64,000 nt of DNA, from positions 192,336 through 256,335 of the IMG/VR virus record IMGVR_UViG_3300005077_000001; one strand, written 5' to 3'. Below, piece by piece: positions 39,759-49,888 of the stretch (positions are counted from its first letter, which is position 1; each line of letters starts with the position of its first letter). Position numbers and translations under genes: made by a program. Source of the stretch: a virus. Lineage: Duplodnaviria; Caudoviricetes. A model generated the notes under the pieces. It searched no databases. It saw only the letters and a program-made list of their open reading frames with translations, and was not told the origin of the DNA.

Positions 39759-40202
39759 ATGGAAATTAGAAAAAAGAAAAGAATCGCATTGGTTGCTCAT
39801 GATAATCAGAAAATAAATTTATTAGAATGGGCAGAATACAATAAGCTACTTTTAGCAGAACATAAGCTATATGCTACCGGGACTACTGGTAAGCTACTAG
39901 AAGATAGATTAGGATTAAAAATAAATAAGTTAAAGAGCGGGCCTCTTGGTGGGGACGCTGAATTAAGTTCAAAAGTTGCAAATGGTGAAATTGATTTGCT
40001 AATATTTTTTAATGATGGTCTTCAAGCACATTCACATGATGTAGATATTAAAGCTTTATTGAGAATAGCTACTGTGTGGAATGTTCCAATTGCTTGTAAT
40101 AGAGCCACAGCAGATTTTATTATTTCATCCCCTTTAATGAAATCAATTTATACAAGAATTATTCCAGATTATACTGGTTATATTGAAAGATTCAATGAGT
40201 AA
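39759..40202 (+). CDS. mgsA: methylglyoxal synthase
   Basis: IALVAHD.QK, ATGTTG, SGPLGGD, AHSHDVDIKALLR, PIACNRATAD. Confidence 0.95.
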   Translation: MEIRKKKRIALVAHDNQKINLLEWAEYNKLLLAEHKLYATGTTGKLLEDRLGLKINKLKSGPLGGDAELSSKVANGEIDLLIFFNDGLQAHSHDVDIKALLRIATVWNVPIACNRATADFIISSPLMKSIYTRIIPDYTGYIERFNE

Positions 40203-40216
40203 TGGAGGGTTAGAAA

Positions 40217-42187
40217 ATGAGCGGCTATCAAGTATTATTATCTTATGAAGATGATTTTGTAAAACTTATGAATAAACTACAGAAAAAATATCCACCTGAA
40301 TTATTTGATATTCACGGAATTGCTAATAAACATTTAGATATAAATGAGTTTTCAAAGCATTTCTTTAGAAAAACTGCTGAAAGTGTTGCTGATATGTCAG
40401 TTGACCCTAATGCTAATATTTCTGAGAAAACTATTGCACAGTGGGGTTATGAGCATAGTAAAGGTATAGCAAAAGTGAATGGGCTATACCTAATGTGGAA
40501 ATATATTTCTAAACTTTATAGTAAAAAAGACGCTAGTGAGGTTATTGAATTGGTTTTGAACGGTACTATTTTTGTAAATGATTTACATATGTTAGAACGT
40601 CCATACTGTTTTGGATTTGACTTGATGCCTCTTTGTATGGATGGTTTAAAATTCTTTAAAGGCACAATGAAGATTAAAGCACCTACAAGAGCTGATAGCT
40701 TTGTAGATTTGGTTATTCAAGCGACCGCTTATTTAAGTAATCAAATCGCAGGAGCAGTATCTTTTCCTACATTTTTTGTTAATCTTGATTGGTATTTTCG
40801 TAAGGACTACGGAGATGATTACATAGAGAAATTTAGACAAGATACTTCATTAAAGTATAAAATAACTAATCTTTTTCAAAGATTTATTTATTCTGTTAAT
40901 TACCCGTTTAGGGGTGCTCAAAGTCCGTTTACAAATCTAAGTATTATGGATAAGGGATTTCTTAATTCTCTATTTGGAATTGAAAAAGGAATACCAAAAT
41001 ATGTAAATTCAGATGGAACGTCTGTTAATATTGATTCTGTTTATGAATTACAAAAAGAATTTTATATATTTTTAAATGAAATATTTGGTAAAGAGGGTAT
41101 ATTTACCTTTCCAGTAACTACTTTAGCAGCATCCATAGATAAAAATAATAATTATATTGACCCAGACTTTATTCAATGGGTGAGTGAAGTTTATCCTGAT
41201 AAGTGTTTAGCCAATATATATATAGGGCAGCCTAATAGTTTTTCTTCTTGTTGTAGGATGAAAAATGATTATAAAAAAATAAATAAATATAAAGAGTTTC
41301 AGAATTCATTTGGTGTAGGAGGAATTAGTATAGGCTCTACTAGAGTTGCTGGTATTAATTTTCCTAAACTTGCATTTATGATGAAAGAGAATAACGACAC
41401 TGATTATTCTGAATATGTAGACTATGCTTTATCGGTTTGCAAAAAAGTATTATTAGCACATAGACAGATTATTAAAAACCATATTGAGGCAGGGGTACTT
41501 CCTTTATATGATGCCGGATGGATACATCTAGATAAACAATATTCTACCTTTGGTTTTATAGGAGCATATGAGTTTCTTGATATCTTAGGAAAAGATATAA
41601 CGAAGGAAGAAGATGCAGATTATCTTATTAAAATGATGAAATATATTGAAAAAGATGTGGAATCTTGGGCGAAACAGTATAAGATACCTACTAATATAGA
41701 ACAGATTCCGGGTGAAAGTATGGCAGTAAGGTTGGCTGATATTGATAAACTACTTGGTAATAATAAAGATTATGAAGTTGATTTATATAGCAATCAATAT
41801 ATCCCACTATCTAAAAATGGAAGCATTTATGATAGGTTTAAAATTCAAGGAAAATTAGACCGGCTTACATCAGGTGGTTCTATTTTACACCTCAATATTG
41901 ATGATGGTGGGGTTATTACCCCAAAACAAATGTTAAAATTGATGGATGTAGCAAGGCAAACCGGAACAGTTTATTTTGCTGTTAATAGAGTATTTGTTAA
42001 ATGTGTAGATGAACACTATTCTATTTCTAATAATGGAATGTGCCCTGTTTGTGGAAAAGAAGTTATTCAACAATACTCTCGTGTTGTTGGATTTTGTACT
42101 CCAGTTAAGAGTTGGCATCCTGCTCGTAGACAAGAGTTTAATAATAGGGTTTTCTATTCTAATTCGGACCAGGTATTTGCTGCTTGA
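40217..42187 (+). CDS. nrdD: class III (anaerobic) ribonucleotide reductase, no ATP cone
   Basis: NQIAGA, QSPFTNLS, FTFPV, SSCCRM thiyl loop, EQIPGES, TSGGSI, C..C Zn site, SRVVGF glycyl-radical motif. Confidence 0.93.
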   Translation: MSGYQVLLSYEDDFVKLMNKLQKKYPPELFDIHGIANKHLDINEFSKHFFRKTAESVADMSVDPNANISEKTIAQWGYEHSKGIAKVNGLYLMWKYISKLYSKKDASEVIELVLNGTIFVNDLHMLERPYCFGFDLMPLCMDGLKFFKGTMKIKAPTRADSFVDLVIQATAYLSNQIAGAVSFPTFFVNLDWYFRKDYGDDYIEKFRQDTSLKYKITNLFQRFIYSVNYPFRGAQSPFTNLSIMDKGFLNSLFGIEKGIPKYVNSDGTSVNIDSVYELQKEFYIFLNEIFGKEGIFTFPVTTLAASIDKNNNYIDPDFIQWVSEVYPDKCLANIYIGQPNSFSSCCRMKNDYKKINKYKEFQNSFGVGGISIGSTRVAGINFPKLAFMMKENNDTDYSEYVDYALSVCKKVLLAHRQIIKNHIEAGVLPLYDAGWIHLDKQYSTFGFIGAYEFLDILGKDITKEEDADYLIKMMKYIEKDVESWAKQYKIPTNIEQIPGESMAVRLADIDKLLGNNKDYEVDLYSNQYIPLSKNGSIYDRFKIQGKLDRLTSGGSILHLNIDDGGVITPKQMLKLMDVARQTGTVYFAVNRVFVKCVDEHYSISNNGMCPVCGKEVIQQYSRVVGFCTPVKSWHPARRQEFNNRVFYSNSDQVFAA

Positions 42188-42816
42188 AAATAGTAAACAT
42201 AATATCAGAGTCTTTTCAAGAATACGAAGACCACTGTAGTATCGTCTTGTTTTCATACGGATGTAATTTGAGATGCAAATTCTGCTATAACTATGATTTT
42301 GTTTCTGATGAAAACAATATTATTAATAAGTCAGTTGAAGAATTGATTGATGAGGCTTATAATCCTATGATAGATGGGCTGGTTTTTTTAGGTGGCGAAC
42401 CGACTCTTTATCCAAAGAAAATACACGAAGTTTCTATGTACGTTAAATCAAAATATGATTTAAGTACTAAATTGTACACTAATGGTAAAAATCCTCTAAT
42501 TGTTATGAGAGGGTTAAGAGAAGGGTGGCTAGATAGTGTCAGTATAGATTTTAAATGCATATCAGATATAGATATTTTAGGCCCTAAAATAAATATTGAA
42601 AATACTTTTTCTATGCGGGATTATTTTGGGACTATTCATTTGCTTTTAAGAGCAATTAATAAATACAAGGTTAATGATAAAGTAGAAATAAGAACTACTT
42701 TATATAAAGGAATGCCAGAAGAAGATTTAAATAAGATAAAAGAAATTTGTAATAAATACAAATTAAAACATATAATCCAAAAAGAAATTACTTCTTTTAA
42801 TTATCCTTCTGCTTAA
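42184..42816 (+). CDS. nrdG: anaerobic RNR activating radical-SAM enzyme
   Basis: GCNLRCKFCYN, FLGGEPT, LYTNG, EIRTT; TTG start overlapping the nrdD stop. Confidence 0.9.
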   Translation: MKIVNIISESFQEYEDHCSIVLFSYGCNLRCKFCYNYDFVSDENNIINKSVEELIDEAYNPMIDGLVFLGGEPTLYPKKIHEVSMYVKSKYDLSTKLYTNGKNPLIVMRGLREGWLDSVSIDFKCISDIDILGPKINIENTFSMRDYFGTIHLLLRAINKYKVNDKVEIRTTLYKGMPEEDLNKIKEICNKYKLKHIIQKEITSFNYPSA

Positions 42817-42859
42817 TTACAGAATATATAAAAATATTAATAAAACAAAGGAGTTTGTT

Positions 42860-44155
42860 TTGAATTACTCTTATTGGAATTCTGAAGATATTAAAATCTT
42901 AGGAGAGGGATTTTTTGATTGGACTAGAGAAAAACTTGAATTAAAGTTGGGAAGACGTTGGGATGCAATAGAAACAAAAGCACAGTCTCTTGGTTTAAAA
43001 AGGCAGAAAGGTCCTTGGTCTGAATTAGAAGAAGAAATATTATTAGAAAAATATGACAACCACAACTGGGAAGAACTTAAATTTTATTTTCCTAAAAGAA
43101 GCATTAAAAGTATACAAATGAAGTCTTTTAAGCTGGGACTACTTCATAAAGAGAAAAATATATTAGATTTTACAAATATTGATACGGAAGAAAAGGCTTA
43201 TTGTTTGGGCTTTATCGGGGCAGACGGTAATGTAAATAAAGAACTAGAGTGTATGAAAATAATGCTACAATTTAGGGATGTAAGCTTACTTTGTAAAATT
43301 AGAGATATTATTGACCCGAACAATTTGATTTATGCTGGAAGTAAAGGCTTTACAAAGAAAAACAAACCAATACTTTGGTGTAGATTAATAGTTTCTTCTA
43401 AAGAATTTTGTGAGCAGATATATTCTCACGGTATTGTACCTAATAAAGGCTATATTTTGGAACCTCCTTCTTCATTACCAAGTAGTTTGGTGAATCATTG
43501 GGTAAGAGGAATGTTTGATGGGGACGGATGTGCATATATTAAAAAGAATTGCAAAAAACTACAATTAAGTAATTTTAGATGTGATATTGTAAACTCCATT
43601 CCTATTGTTGAATACATTTATGAATGGTTTGTAAGAGAAACACAAGGTAGATTTTCTGCTACAATAAGCCCATATGTTTGTTCAAAAGGCATAATGGGTA
43701 AGTTCATTGTTAATGGAAAATCTGCTATTGAGTTTTGTAAACTTATATATAAGAATGCAACCGTTTATTTAGAAAGAAAATATCAAAAAGCAGAAAAATA
43801 TCTGATTCGTCATCCTAAATTAAGTCACAACGATTATTGGTCTGAAGAGCAACTTTATATAATTGAAGAAAATTATTCTGTGATGGATAAAAAAGAACTG
43901 GTAAAGATTATAGGTAAAGATTGGGAAACGATAAAAGTTAAAGCCTGTCGTTTAGGTCTTAAAAGAAGAAACTTGTGGAGTAGTGAAGAATTAAAAAAAC
44001 TTAAAGAACTTTATCCTAATTTAAATCTAAGTAAAGAAGAGATATTGACCCATTTCCATAAAAGGAACTGGCATTCATTAGAAGACAAGGCTAGTCAGTT
44101 AGGAATTAGGAGAAAAAACATAAGTGCAAAAGCTAGAAATACCAAATCTATTTGA
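42860..44155 (+). CDS. free-standing LAGLIDADG homing endonuclease with 2+2 Myb-like repeats
   Basis: DFTNIDTEEKAYCLGFIGADG, HWVRGMFDGDG, LERKY. Confidence 0.85.
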   Translation: MNYSYWNSEDIKILGEGFFDWTREKLELKLGRRWDAIETKAQSLGLKRQKGPWSELEEEILLEKYDNHNWEELKFYFPKRSIKSIQMKSFKLGLLHKEKNILDFTNIDTEEKAYCLGFIGADGNVNKELECMKIMLQFRDVSLLCKIRDIIDPNNLIYAGSKGFTKKNKPILWCRLIVSSKEFCEQIYSHGIVPNKGYILEPPSSLPSSLVNHWVRGMFDGDGCAYIKKNCKKLQLSNFRCDIVNSIPIVEYIYEWFVRETQGRFSATISPYVCSKGIMGKFIVNGKSAIEFCKLIYKNATVYLERKYQKAEKYLIRHPKLSHNDYWSEEQLYIIEENYSVMDKKELVKIIGKDWETIKVKACRLGLKRRNLWSSEELKKLKELYPNLNLSKEEILTHFHKRNWHSLEDKASQLGIRRKNISAKARNTKSI

Positions 44156-44798
44156 TTTCATAAGTGAATATGAATCAGTAAATAGATTTTCTAGGAATCA
44201 TCTAGTTAGACCAGAAAATTTAGTGCATCATGTTGGAGTTGTTTCTATTATATGTGCGTATATTTTAAACAAGATGACTGAAGAATATGGTCAAGAGATA
44301 TTCAAATCTGGTGAATGTTGTAGCTTGTTAATGAGATGTGTAACCCACGATATGGAGGAGATAATAACGGGCGATTTGGTTCGCCCAATAAAATACTCAA
44401 GTGTTGAAATGATAGAAGTAATTAAAAAATTAGAAGAGGAGAGTATTAGTAAAGTTATTGAACGGTTTGATTTACCTGTACGTTGGGAAGAAGATTGGAG
44501 ACAGGCTAAATCAGACCAAATAGGTCTTTTATTAAAGGTGGCAGATACACTTGCTGTAGTAATGACTTGTTATCGTGAAATTAGCTTATATTCCAATAAT
44601 CAATTTAGAAAAGTAGCAGAAGAATGTTATGAATATTTAGATACTTTTATTTCTAAAATTGAAAAGATGAGAGATTTAGCATTTATTCCAGAACAATTAT
44701 TTATTTATCAATTTTTGATTAAGTGTTTACTCCAAGGCAAAGGCCTATTAAAACCCGTATTACCAAACTCTCGTTGGATATTACCCAATGCTACTTAA
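44124..44798 (+). CDS. HD-domain 5'-deoxynucleotidase (YfbR-like)
   Basis: R...ENLVHH, THDMEEIITGD, KVAD. Confidence 0.8.
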   Translation: MQKLEIPNLFDFISEYESVNRFSRNHLVRPENLVHHVGVVSIICAYILNKMTEEYGQEIFKSGECCSLLMRCVTHDMEEIITGDLVRPIKYSSVEMIEVIKKLEEESISKVIERFDLPVRWEEDWRQAKSDQIGLLLKVADTLAVVMTCYREISLYSNNQFRKVAEECYEYLDTFISKIEKMRDLAFIPEQLFIYQFLIKCLLQGKGLLKPVLPNSRWILPNAT

Positions 44799-44968
44799 AC
44801 CTAAAAAGAATATTTGTCCTCATTGCAAAACTATAAAATCTCTGAAAAAAATTGTTGTTAAGTCTAAAGTAGTTCGTACAATTCTAGAATGTAGCAATTG
44901 CGGATACAGCCGCCTAATTAACAGAAAAGAACCTGATTAAAATTAAATAAACACAAAGGAATAAAACG

Positions 44969-45413
44969 ATGGAAGGTATTTGCTCAAACTGCCAAGGTAT
45001 TAAAGGTGAAGATGGTTTGACAGGATACTATATTTATAATGCATATGATGAAGATTATAAGGAATTTATCGTTTGCGAACTATGTGGAGGAACAGGAATC
45101 TCTAATACCCAAGTTCAAAATTTAACTCTATCACAATTAGAATTCTTAATGATGAGAGATTCTAATGCGTAAAGAGCAGACACTCACTTGTAAAGTAGGG
45201 AAATGCCCTTCTTGCAAAAAGGAAAGAATGCTTTATAATAAATGTGCTAAGTGTGGTAAGTACTTTTGTAAATCTTGTGGGTCTTATTCACTAGTAAAAG
45301 ATGAAACACAAAACTATAAAACACCAGAATTAGCTGTATTTATGTGTCATAGATGCCAAGGATTAAGCCATGGATACTCACAAACTAGAGCAACTATACG
45401 AAAATATATCTAA
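44969..45413 (+). CDS. two small Zn-finger proteins (44969-45172, 45165-45413)
   Basis: CSNC/CELCGGTG DnaJ-like Cys motif; CPSC..CAKC..C..C..CHRC. Confidence 0.5.
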
Positions 45414-45951
45414 CTGTTACGATTGTGATATAAGCTATTCTTGCATTCAAAAAGTAATGGGTAGATACGAAAACCCTTCTAATTATTTAGGAATTATGTC
45501 AATTGCTGAAGCTCCTGGTAAGACTGAAGATAAAACTGGATTAAATTTTAGTGGAGATGCCGGTAAGGTTTGGGAAGATATACTAAACACTTCTGATATA
45601 AAGAGAGAAAATGTTTATACTACTAATTCAATCCATTGCAGACCTACTAATAATGTGCTTCTTAAAGACATGAGTGAGCTTAAAAATTGTCAGGAATTTT
45701 TATTTAGAGAAGTTGAGATTGTACAACCAAAGGTAATTCTACTTTGGGGGAAGGTAGCGGTTAATTCATTATTTAATTTCGGATATGAAAAGGTGCCCAT
45801 TAAAGTTCTAATGAAAAGCACGATAGCTTATAATAAAATTCCTTGTATAATTAATTATCATCCAAGCTATATAATGCAATATCCAAACAAAGTAAACTTT
45901 TGGGATATTATTTTTAATGTGGAGCGTGTATGGAATTATGTTGGAAATTAA
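45370..45951 (+). CDS. udg: uracil-DNA glycosylase, family 4 (Fe-S)
   Basis: CYDC..C, AEAPG..ED..G..F.G.AG, TNSIHCRP, HPSY. Confidence 0.85.
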   Translation: MDTHKLEQLYENISNCYDCDISYSCIQKVMGRYENPSNYLGIMSIAEAPGKTEDKTGLNFSGDAGKVWEDILNTSDIKRENVYTTNSIHCRPTNNVLLKDMSELKNCQEFLFREVEIVQPKVILLWGKVAVNSLFNFGYEKVPIKVLMKSTIAYNKIPCIINYHPSYIMQYPNKVNFWDIIFNVERVWNYVGN

Positions 45952-46813
45952 TAAAATTATTCAAGGAGATTGCTTAGAGGTATTATCTGCATTCCCAGAT
46001 AATTGCATAGATTTTATTATTACATCTCCTCCTTATGCAGATAATAGAAAAAGCACTTATGGGGGTTCTCCTCCAGAAAAATATATTGAATGGTTTCTTC
46101 CTATTTCTGAACAGTTACAAAGAGTCTTGAAACCTAATGGTTCTTTTATTCTAAACATAAAAGAAAAGGTTGTAGATGGAGAAAGGCATACTTACGTGAT
46201 AGAATTAATACTTGAGTTAATAAAGCAAAGGTGGTTGTGGATAGAAGAATATATTTGGTATAAGAAAAATAGTTTCCCTGGTGAATATAATGGTAGGCTT
46301 AGAGATGCTTGGGAACGTTGTTTGCATTTTACTAAAGATAAAGAGTTTAAGATATTTAAAGAATCGGTAATGGTACCAAAAGGGGATTGGGCTAATTCTA
46401 GATTTAAAAAATTAGATAAACGTACTGGATTATACGTAGATAAGTCTTTAGAAGAACTATCTACTAATGATAAAATGACTAATCATCCTGCGACGGGAAG
46501 CGGGATGAGAAGAAACATTTCAAATTGGAAAGATAAGGAACTTGTTTACCCAGACAACGTATTATATACAGCTACTGAGTGTAGTAATCAAGGCCACCCT
46601 GCTGTTTTCCCTATTGAATTACCTAAATGGTTTATCAGATTATTTACAGAAGTGAATGATCTCGTGCTAGATCCTTTTATGGGATCTGGTACAACGGCCG
46701 TCGCCGCTAAATTATTAAAAAGAAATTATATTGGAATTGAATTAAAACAGAGTTACATAGATGGTGCATTAAAAAGATTAAATAAAACAAGGAGTCCACT
46801 ATATGCTAAGTAA
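45938..46813 (+). CDS. beta-class DNA methyltransferase (SPPY, probably N4-cytosine)
   Basis: IIQGDCLE, ITSPPY, HPAVFP..LP, VLDPFMGSGTT, IGIE. Confidence 0.9.
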   Translation: MLEINKIIQGDCLEVLSAFPDNCIDFIITSPPYADNRKSTYGGSPPEKYIEWFLPISEQLQRVLKPNGSFILNIKEKVVDGERHTYVIELILELIKQRWLWIEEYIWYKKNSFPGEYNGRLRDAWERCLHFTKDKEFKIFKESVMVPKGDWANSRFKKLDKRTGLYVDKSLEELSTNDKMTNHPATGSGMRRNISNWKDKELVYPDNVLYTATECSNQGHPAVFPIELPKWFIRLFTEVNDLVLDPFMGSGTTAVAAKLLKRNYIGIELKQSYIDGALKRLNKTRSPLYAK

Positions 46814-47543
46814 AGAAAGAATAAAAGAAAGCTTATCTTCTATCGCAGAGAGAGTTTTCAGTAAAACAACTGCAAAGTTGATGAGATCTCATCCTCTTGA
46901 AATTATAGAAGATCAGAATATAATGTCAAGACAACTTTGTGGATTAGTTAGAGTAGAAGACTTTGTAGATGATATGATGTATACTAGATTAAGAACTTCT
47001 AGAGACACAATAATGGGGAACGAGCTAGAAGAGTTTGTATGGTTGTTTATCAAAGAAAGATTTAATGGAAATAAGGTTGAAAAGAAATGGGGCATCGATT
47101 TTGAATTTATCTATAATGATATATTGTACCTACTACAATTGAAAAGTGGTCCTAATTGGGCAAATTCCGATCAGAAGAAAAAACTAAAGGACAATTTTAA
47201 TTCTAGAAAATTTTATCATAGAAAGAATGGGTATAAAGGTAGGATTAAATGTATTTTAGGTATCATGGCAAATGATCCCAAGAAGAGAAACAAGTCTAAC
47301 AGTACATACACTTGTTTAGCTGGACAAGATTTTTTTACATTTTTATCTGGAGATGAAACTTTATTTCTTGAATTACCTAACTACTTGAATGAAAAGGTTG
47401 TTGATTATTCATACTGTATCAATGTAATTAGAAGAAGAATGATAGATTATTTTGGTCCTTGGTATTCCGTAAATGGGATGTTAGATTATTCTAAATTGAT
47501 GCGAGATTTAAAAGCAGAAGAAGATGAAATGGTTAGACGATAA
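46803..47543 (+). CDS. type II restriction endonuclease-like protein (PD-(D/E)XK, EcoO109I/PmeII-like)
   Basis: MGNELEEF, GIDFE, LQLKSGPNWANSDQ, GQDFFTFLSG; overlaps the MTase stop. Confidence 0.7.
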   Translation: MLSKERIKESLSSIAERVFSKTTAKLMRSHPLEIIEDQNIMSRQLCGLVRVEDFVDDMMYTRLRTSRDTIMGNELEEFVWLFIKERFNGNKVEKKWGIDFEFIYNDILYLLQLKSGPNWANSDQKKKLKDNFNSRKFYHRKNGYKGRIKCILGIMANDPKKRNKSNSTYTCLAGQDFFTFLSGDETLFLELPNYLNEKVVDYSYCINVIRRRMIDYFGPWYSVNGMLDYSKLMRDLKAEEDEMVRR

Positions 47544-48174
47544 ACTAGAACATAGCGAATTTATAACTGCTGAAGATTTTTATAATCATTTTGGATTTAA
47601 TAATGTGGTAGGTGTTAGCCATGCAGGTCTTAATGCTATTGCTGGACCGATATATGTAGCGGCTGTAATTATCAGTCCTTTTAAATTAATTGATGGATTA
47701 GATAAAAAATCTTACAGTGAAAAAGAAATTGATAGGCTGGCTACTACTATTTGGAATAATGCAGTCTATGTACGAACCGGAGTTATAAGTAACCTTGATA
47801 TAAATAGTAGAGGAAAATTAGAAGCTTTACAATTTGGATTAATAGAAAGCTTATTACCTTTTTCCCAATATAATCCTGTAAGCTGCATAATAATAGATAC
47901 AATTAAAATGGAACCAATAAGGTACCAATTTGAGGGGATTCCTATTATTGTTAGAAAAAAAATATCAGATAAAATAGATTGTTTATCCGCTGCTTCTCTT
48001 ATAGCTAAGCAAGCCCACATAGCTTTTATGAAAAATATTAGTTTAGTCTACCCCGATTATAAATGGGAAAGTAATTATGGGTATGGCACTAAAGAACATA
48101 ATAAAACAATAAAGGAACTTGGATGGACTCTGTTTCACAGAATGCCTTCTAAATTAAAAAAGGAGTCTTCATGA
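47524..48174 (+). CDS. RNase HII-like paralog with degenerate active site
   Basis: GVSHAG..IAGP (DE->SH), SAASLIAK, YGYGTKEH, FHR. Confidence 0.75.
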   Translation: MKWLDDKLEHSEFITAEDFYNHFGFNNVVGVSHAGLNAIAGPIYVAAVIISPFKLIDGLDKKSYSEKEIDRLATTIWNNAVYVRTGVISNLDINSRGKLEALQFGLIESLLPFSQYNPVSCIIIDTIKMEPIRYQFEGIPIIVRKKISDKIDCLSAASLIAKQAHIAFMKNISLVYPDYKWESNYGYGTKEHNKTIKELGWTLFHRMPSKLKKESS

Positions 48175-49316
48175 AAATAGTAATATTAGCTAGTGATGAA
48201 GGAAAAAAGCTATGGCCCTTGACTTCTTCGGATACCCCTAAGTCTTTTCTACCCCTGTATAGCCCATTTAGCTTGTTGGTAGAATCTATATTTAAGATAT
48301 CTGCTTTGTTAGATTTTGAACAAGATTTATATATTGTGCTTCCTGAAGAGACTAAAGGGACATTTAATTCTAATGTTGTTGCTTTAGCAAACGGCAATCT
48401 TATATATGAACCTTACTATATTAATGATAGTATCTCTATGATGTACGCTACTAAGCATTTGAGATCAGTTAAAAATATACCAGAAGAGGAACCTATCCTA
48501 TTCATTCCATCAGATTTATATTTAATGCCACAAGAGATTTTGGCATTCCACATAGATAATGCAGTTAATTTTTGTCTTGACCATAAAGAGGATTTAATAT
48601 TTTTTATGAAGGAACCTTTTCTTCCTTCAACAAAGCAGTCTTACTGTATTATGGATGAAACTGTATCTGTAACTCAAGGAGATATAGTAGAAGTAGAAGA
48701 AGATGTAGCTCTACATTCAACTTTTATTGCATGCAACGAGGTAGTGAACAACCCATCTTATTCTGAGGCAGAAAGATTAATTGATAAAGATTGTTATTGG
48801 GTTGCAAATATCTATGTAGCAACATTAGGAGCATGGGTTAATATATGGGATAATACGAATGACATTTGGGGTGCATTAATAAACAATATTTCTCCTAGTA
48901 AAGAGAAGTTAAAAAAAGGATGGCGTGGGTGGTTCTCTAATATTAAAATTCCTATACTAAATAGGGATGAATCTAAGCAAGTGTACCTACTTATTGATAA
49001 AAAGTTTCCTAACTTTGAATCTACGCTTAAATTAATATCTGATAATAACATTACTAGAATGCATGGGTGTGATTTAGTAGGTATGTATTGGGCTAAATTA
49101 GATAACTGGGCGATTCTAAAGCATCTTCTTTGTGATTCTGGATTGTTTGAAGCTCAGCCAGATTCGGAGTTGCATTTAATTGAGTCTGAAAATAATTATG
49201 TTTTTAAACCTTTGGGAAAACAAATTGCTTTGTTTGGAATTAAAGATTTAGTAATTATCGATTCAAAAGAATGTTTATTAATAGGTACTCCTGATAGTAT
49301 ATATGAAAACTTATGA
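48171..49316 (+). CDS. mannose-1-phosphate guanylyltransferase (ManC)-like protein, divergent
   Basis: VILA....K.LWPL...PKSF, PSD, W..LDNW, C-terminal IALFGIKDLVIIDSKECLLI. Confidence 0.65.
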   Translation: MKIVILASDEGKKLWPLTSSDTPKSFLPLYSPFSLLVESIFKISALLDFEQDLYIVLPEETKGTFNSNVVALANGNLIYEPYYINDSISMMYATKHLRSVKNIPEEEPILFIPSDLYLMPQEILAFHIDNAVNFCLDHKEDLIFFMKEPFLPSTKQSYCIMDETVSVTQGDIVEVEEDVALHSTFIACNEVVNNPSYSEAERLIDKDCYWVANIYVATLGAWVNIWDNTNDIWGALINNISPSKEKLKKGWRGWFSNIKIPILNRDESKQVYLLIDKKFPNFESTLKLISDNNITRMHGCDLVGMYWAKLDNWAILKHLLCDSGLFEAQPDSELHLIESENNYVFKPLGKQIALFGIKDLVIIDSKECLLIGTPDSIYENL

Positions 49317-49325
49317 GGAGAAGAA

Positions 49326-49888
49326 ATGGAAAGAGAAGACATTTATAAATTAATAAACAATGAGTGTAGCCATTGTAAGAAGTATGGTTTATTCCCAGAA
49401 TCAAAATATAAGGCTGACTATATTATACAAATGCAATCAATGATGAACAATATAATAAATGACTACTCTTTTGACAAAGATAATGAAATTATATTTTCTC
49501 TGATATTAAAATTAATTTCTTTGGGTGTTGATTGTTTAGAAAATATGCCAATAAAATCATTATTAAATCCTTTTACTCCTATATATTCCCAGTTACAAAC
49601 AGCAAATGGAGAGGAAATAAAATGACAAGAACGGAAGTTTATAAAATTATAGATGGTGAACGAGATTACCAGGATGAAAAGTGGGGTGGCCGTAATCATG
49701 GTAAGACGCATGACTTAGAATCTTGGATTTTTTATATGGAGTATTTTTTAGGACAAACTAAAGAGATTTTATCGACTGAATTGTATACGACTTCTTATCC
49801 TAAAGCCATGGAGTTTATTCGTAAAGTTACTGCTTTAGGTGTTGCTTGCATGGAAAATTATGACTGTCCTCCTAGAGAAGTTAAATGA
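49326..49888 (+). CDS. tandem paralogous all-alpha proteins (49326-49625, 49622-49888), possible MazG-like NTP pyrophosphatases
   Basis: M.R.(D/E)(I/V)YK.I..E and K...LGV.C(L/M)EN shared; ERDYQDEKWG in the second. Confidence 0.45.
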
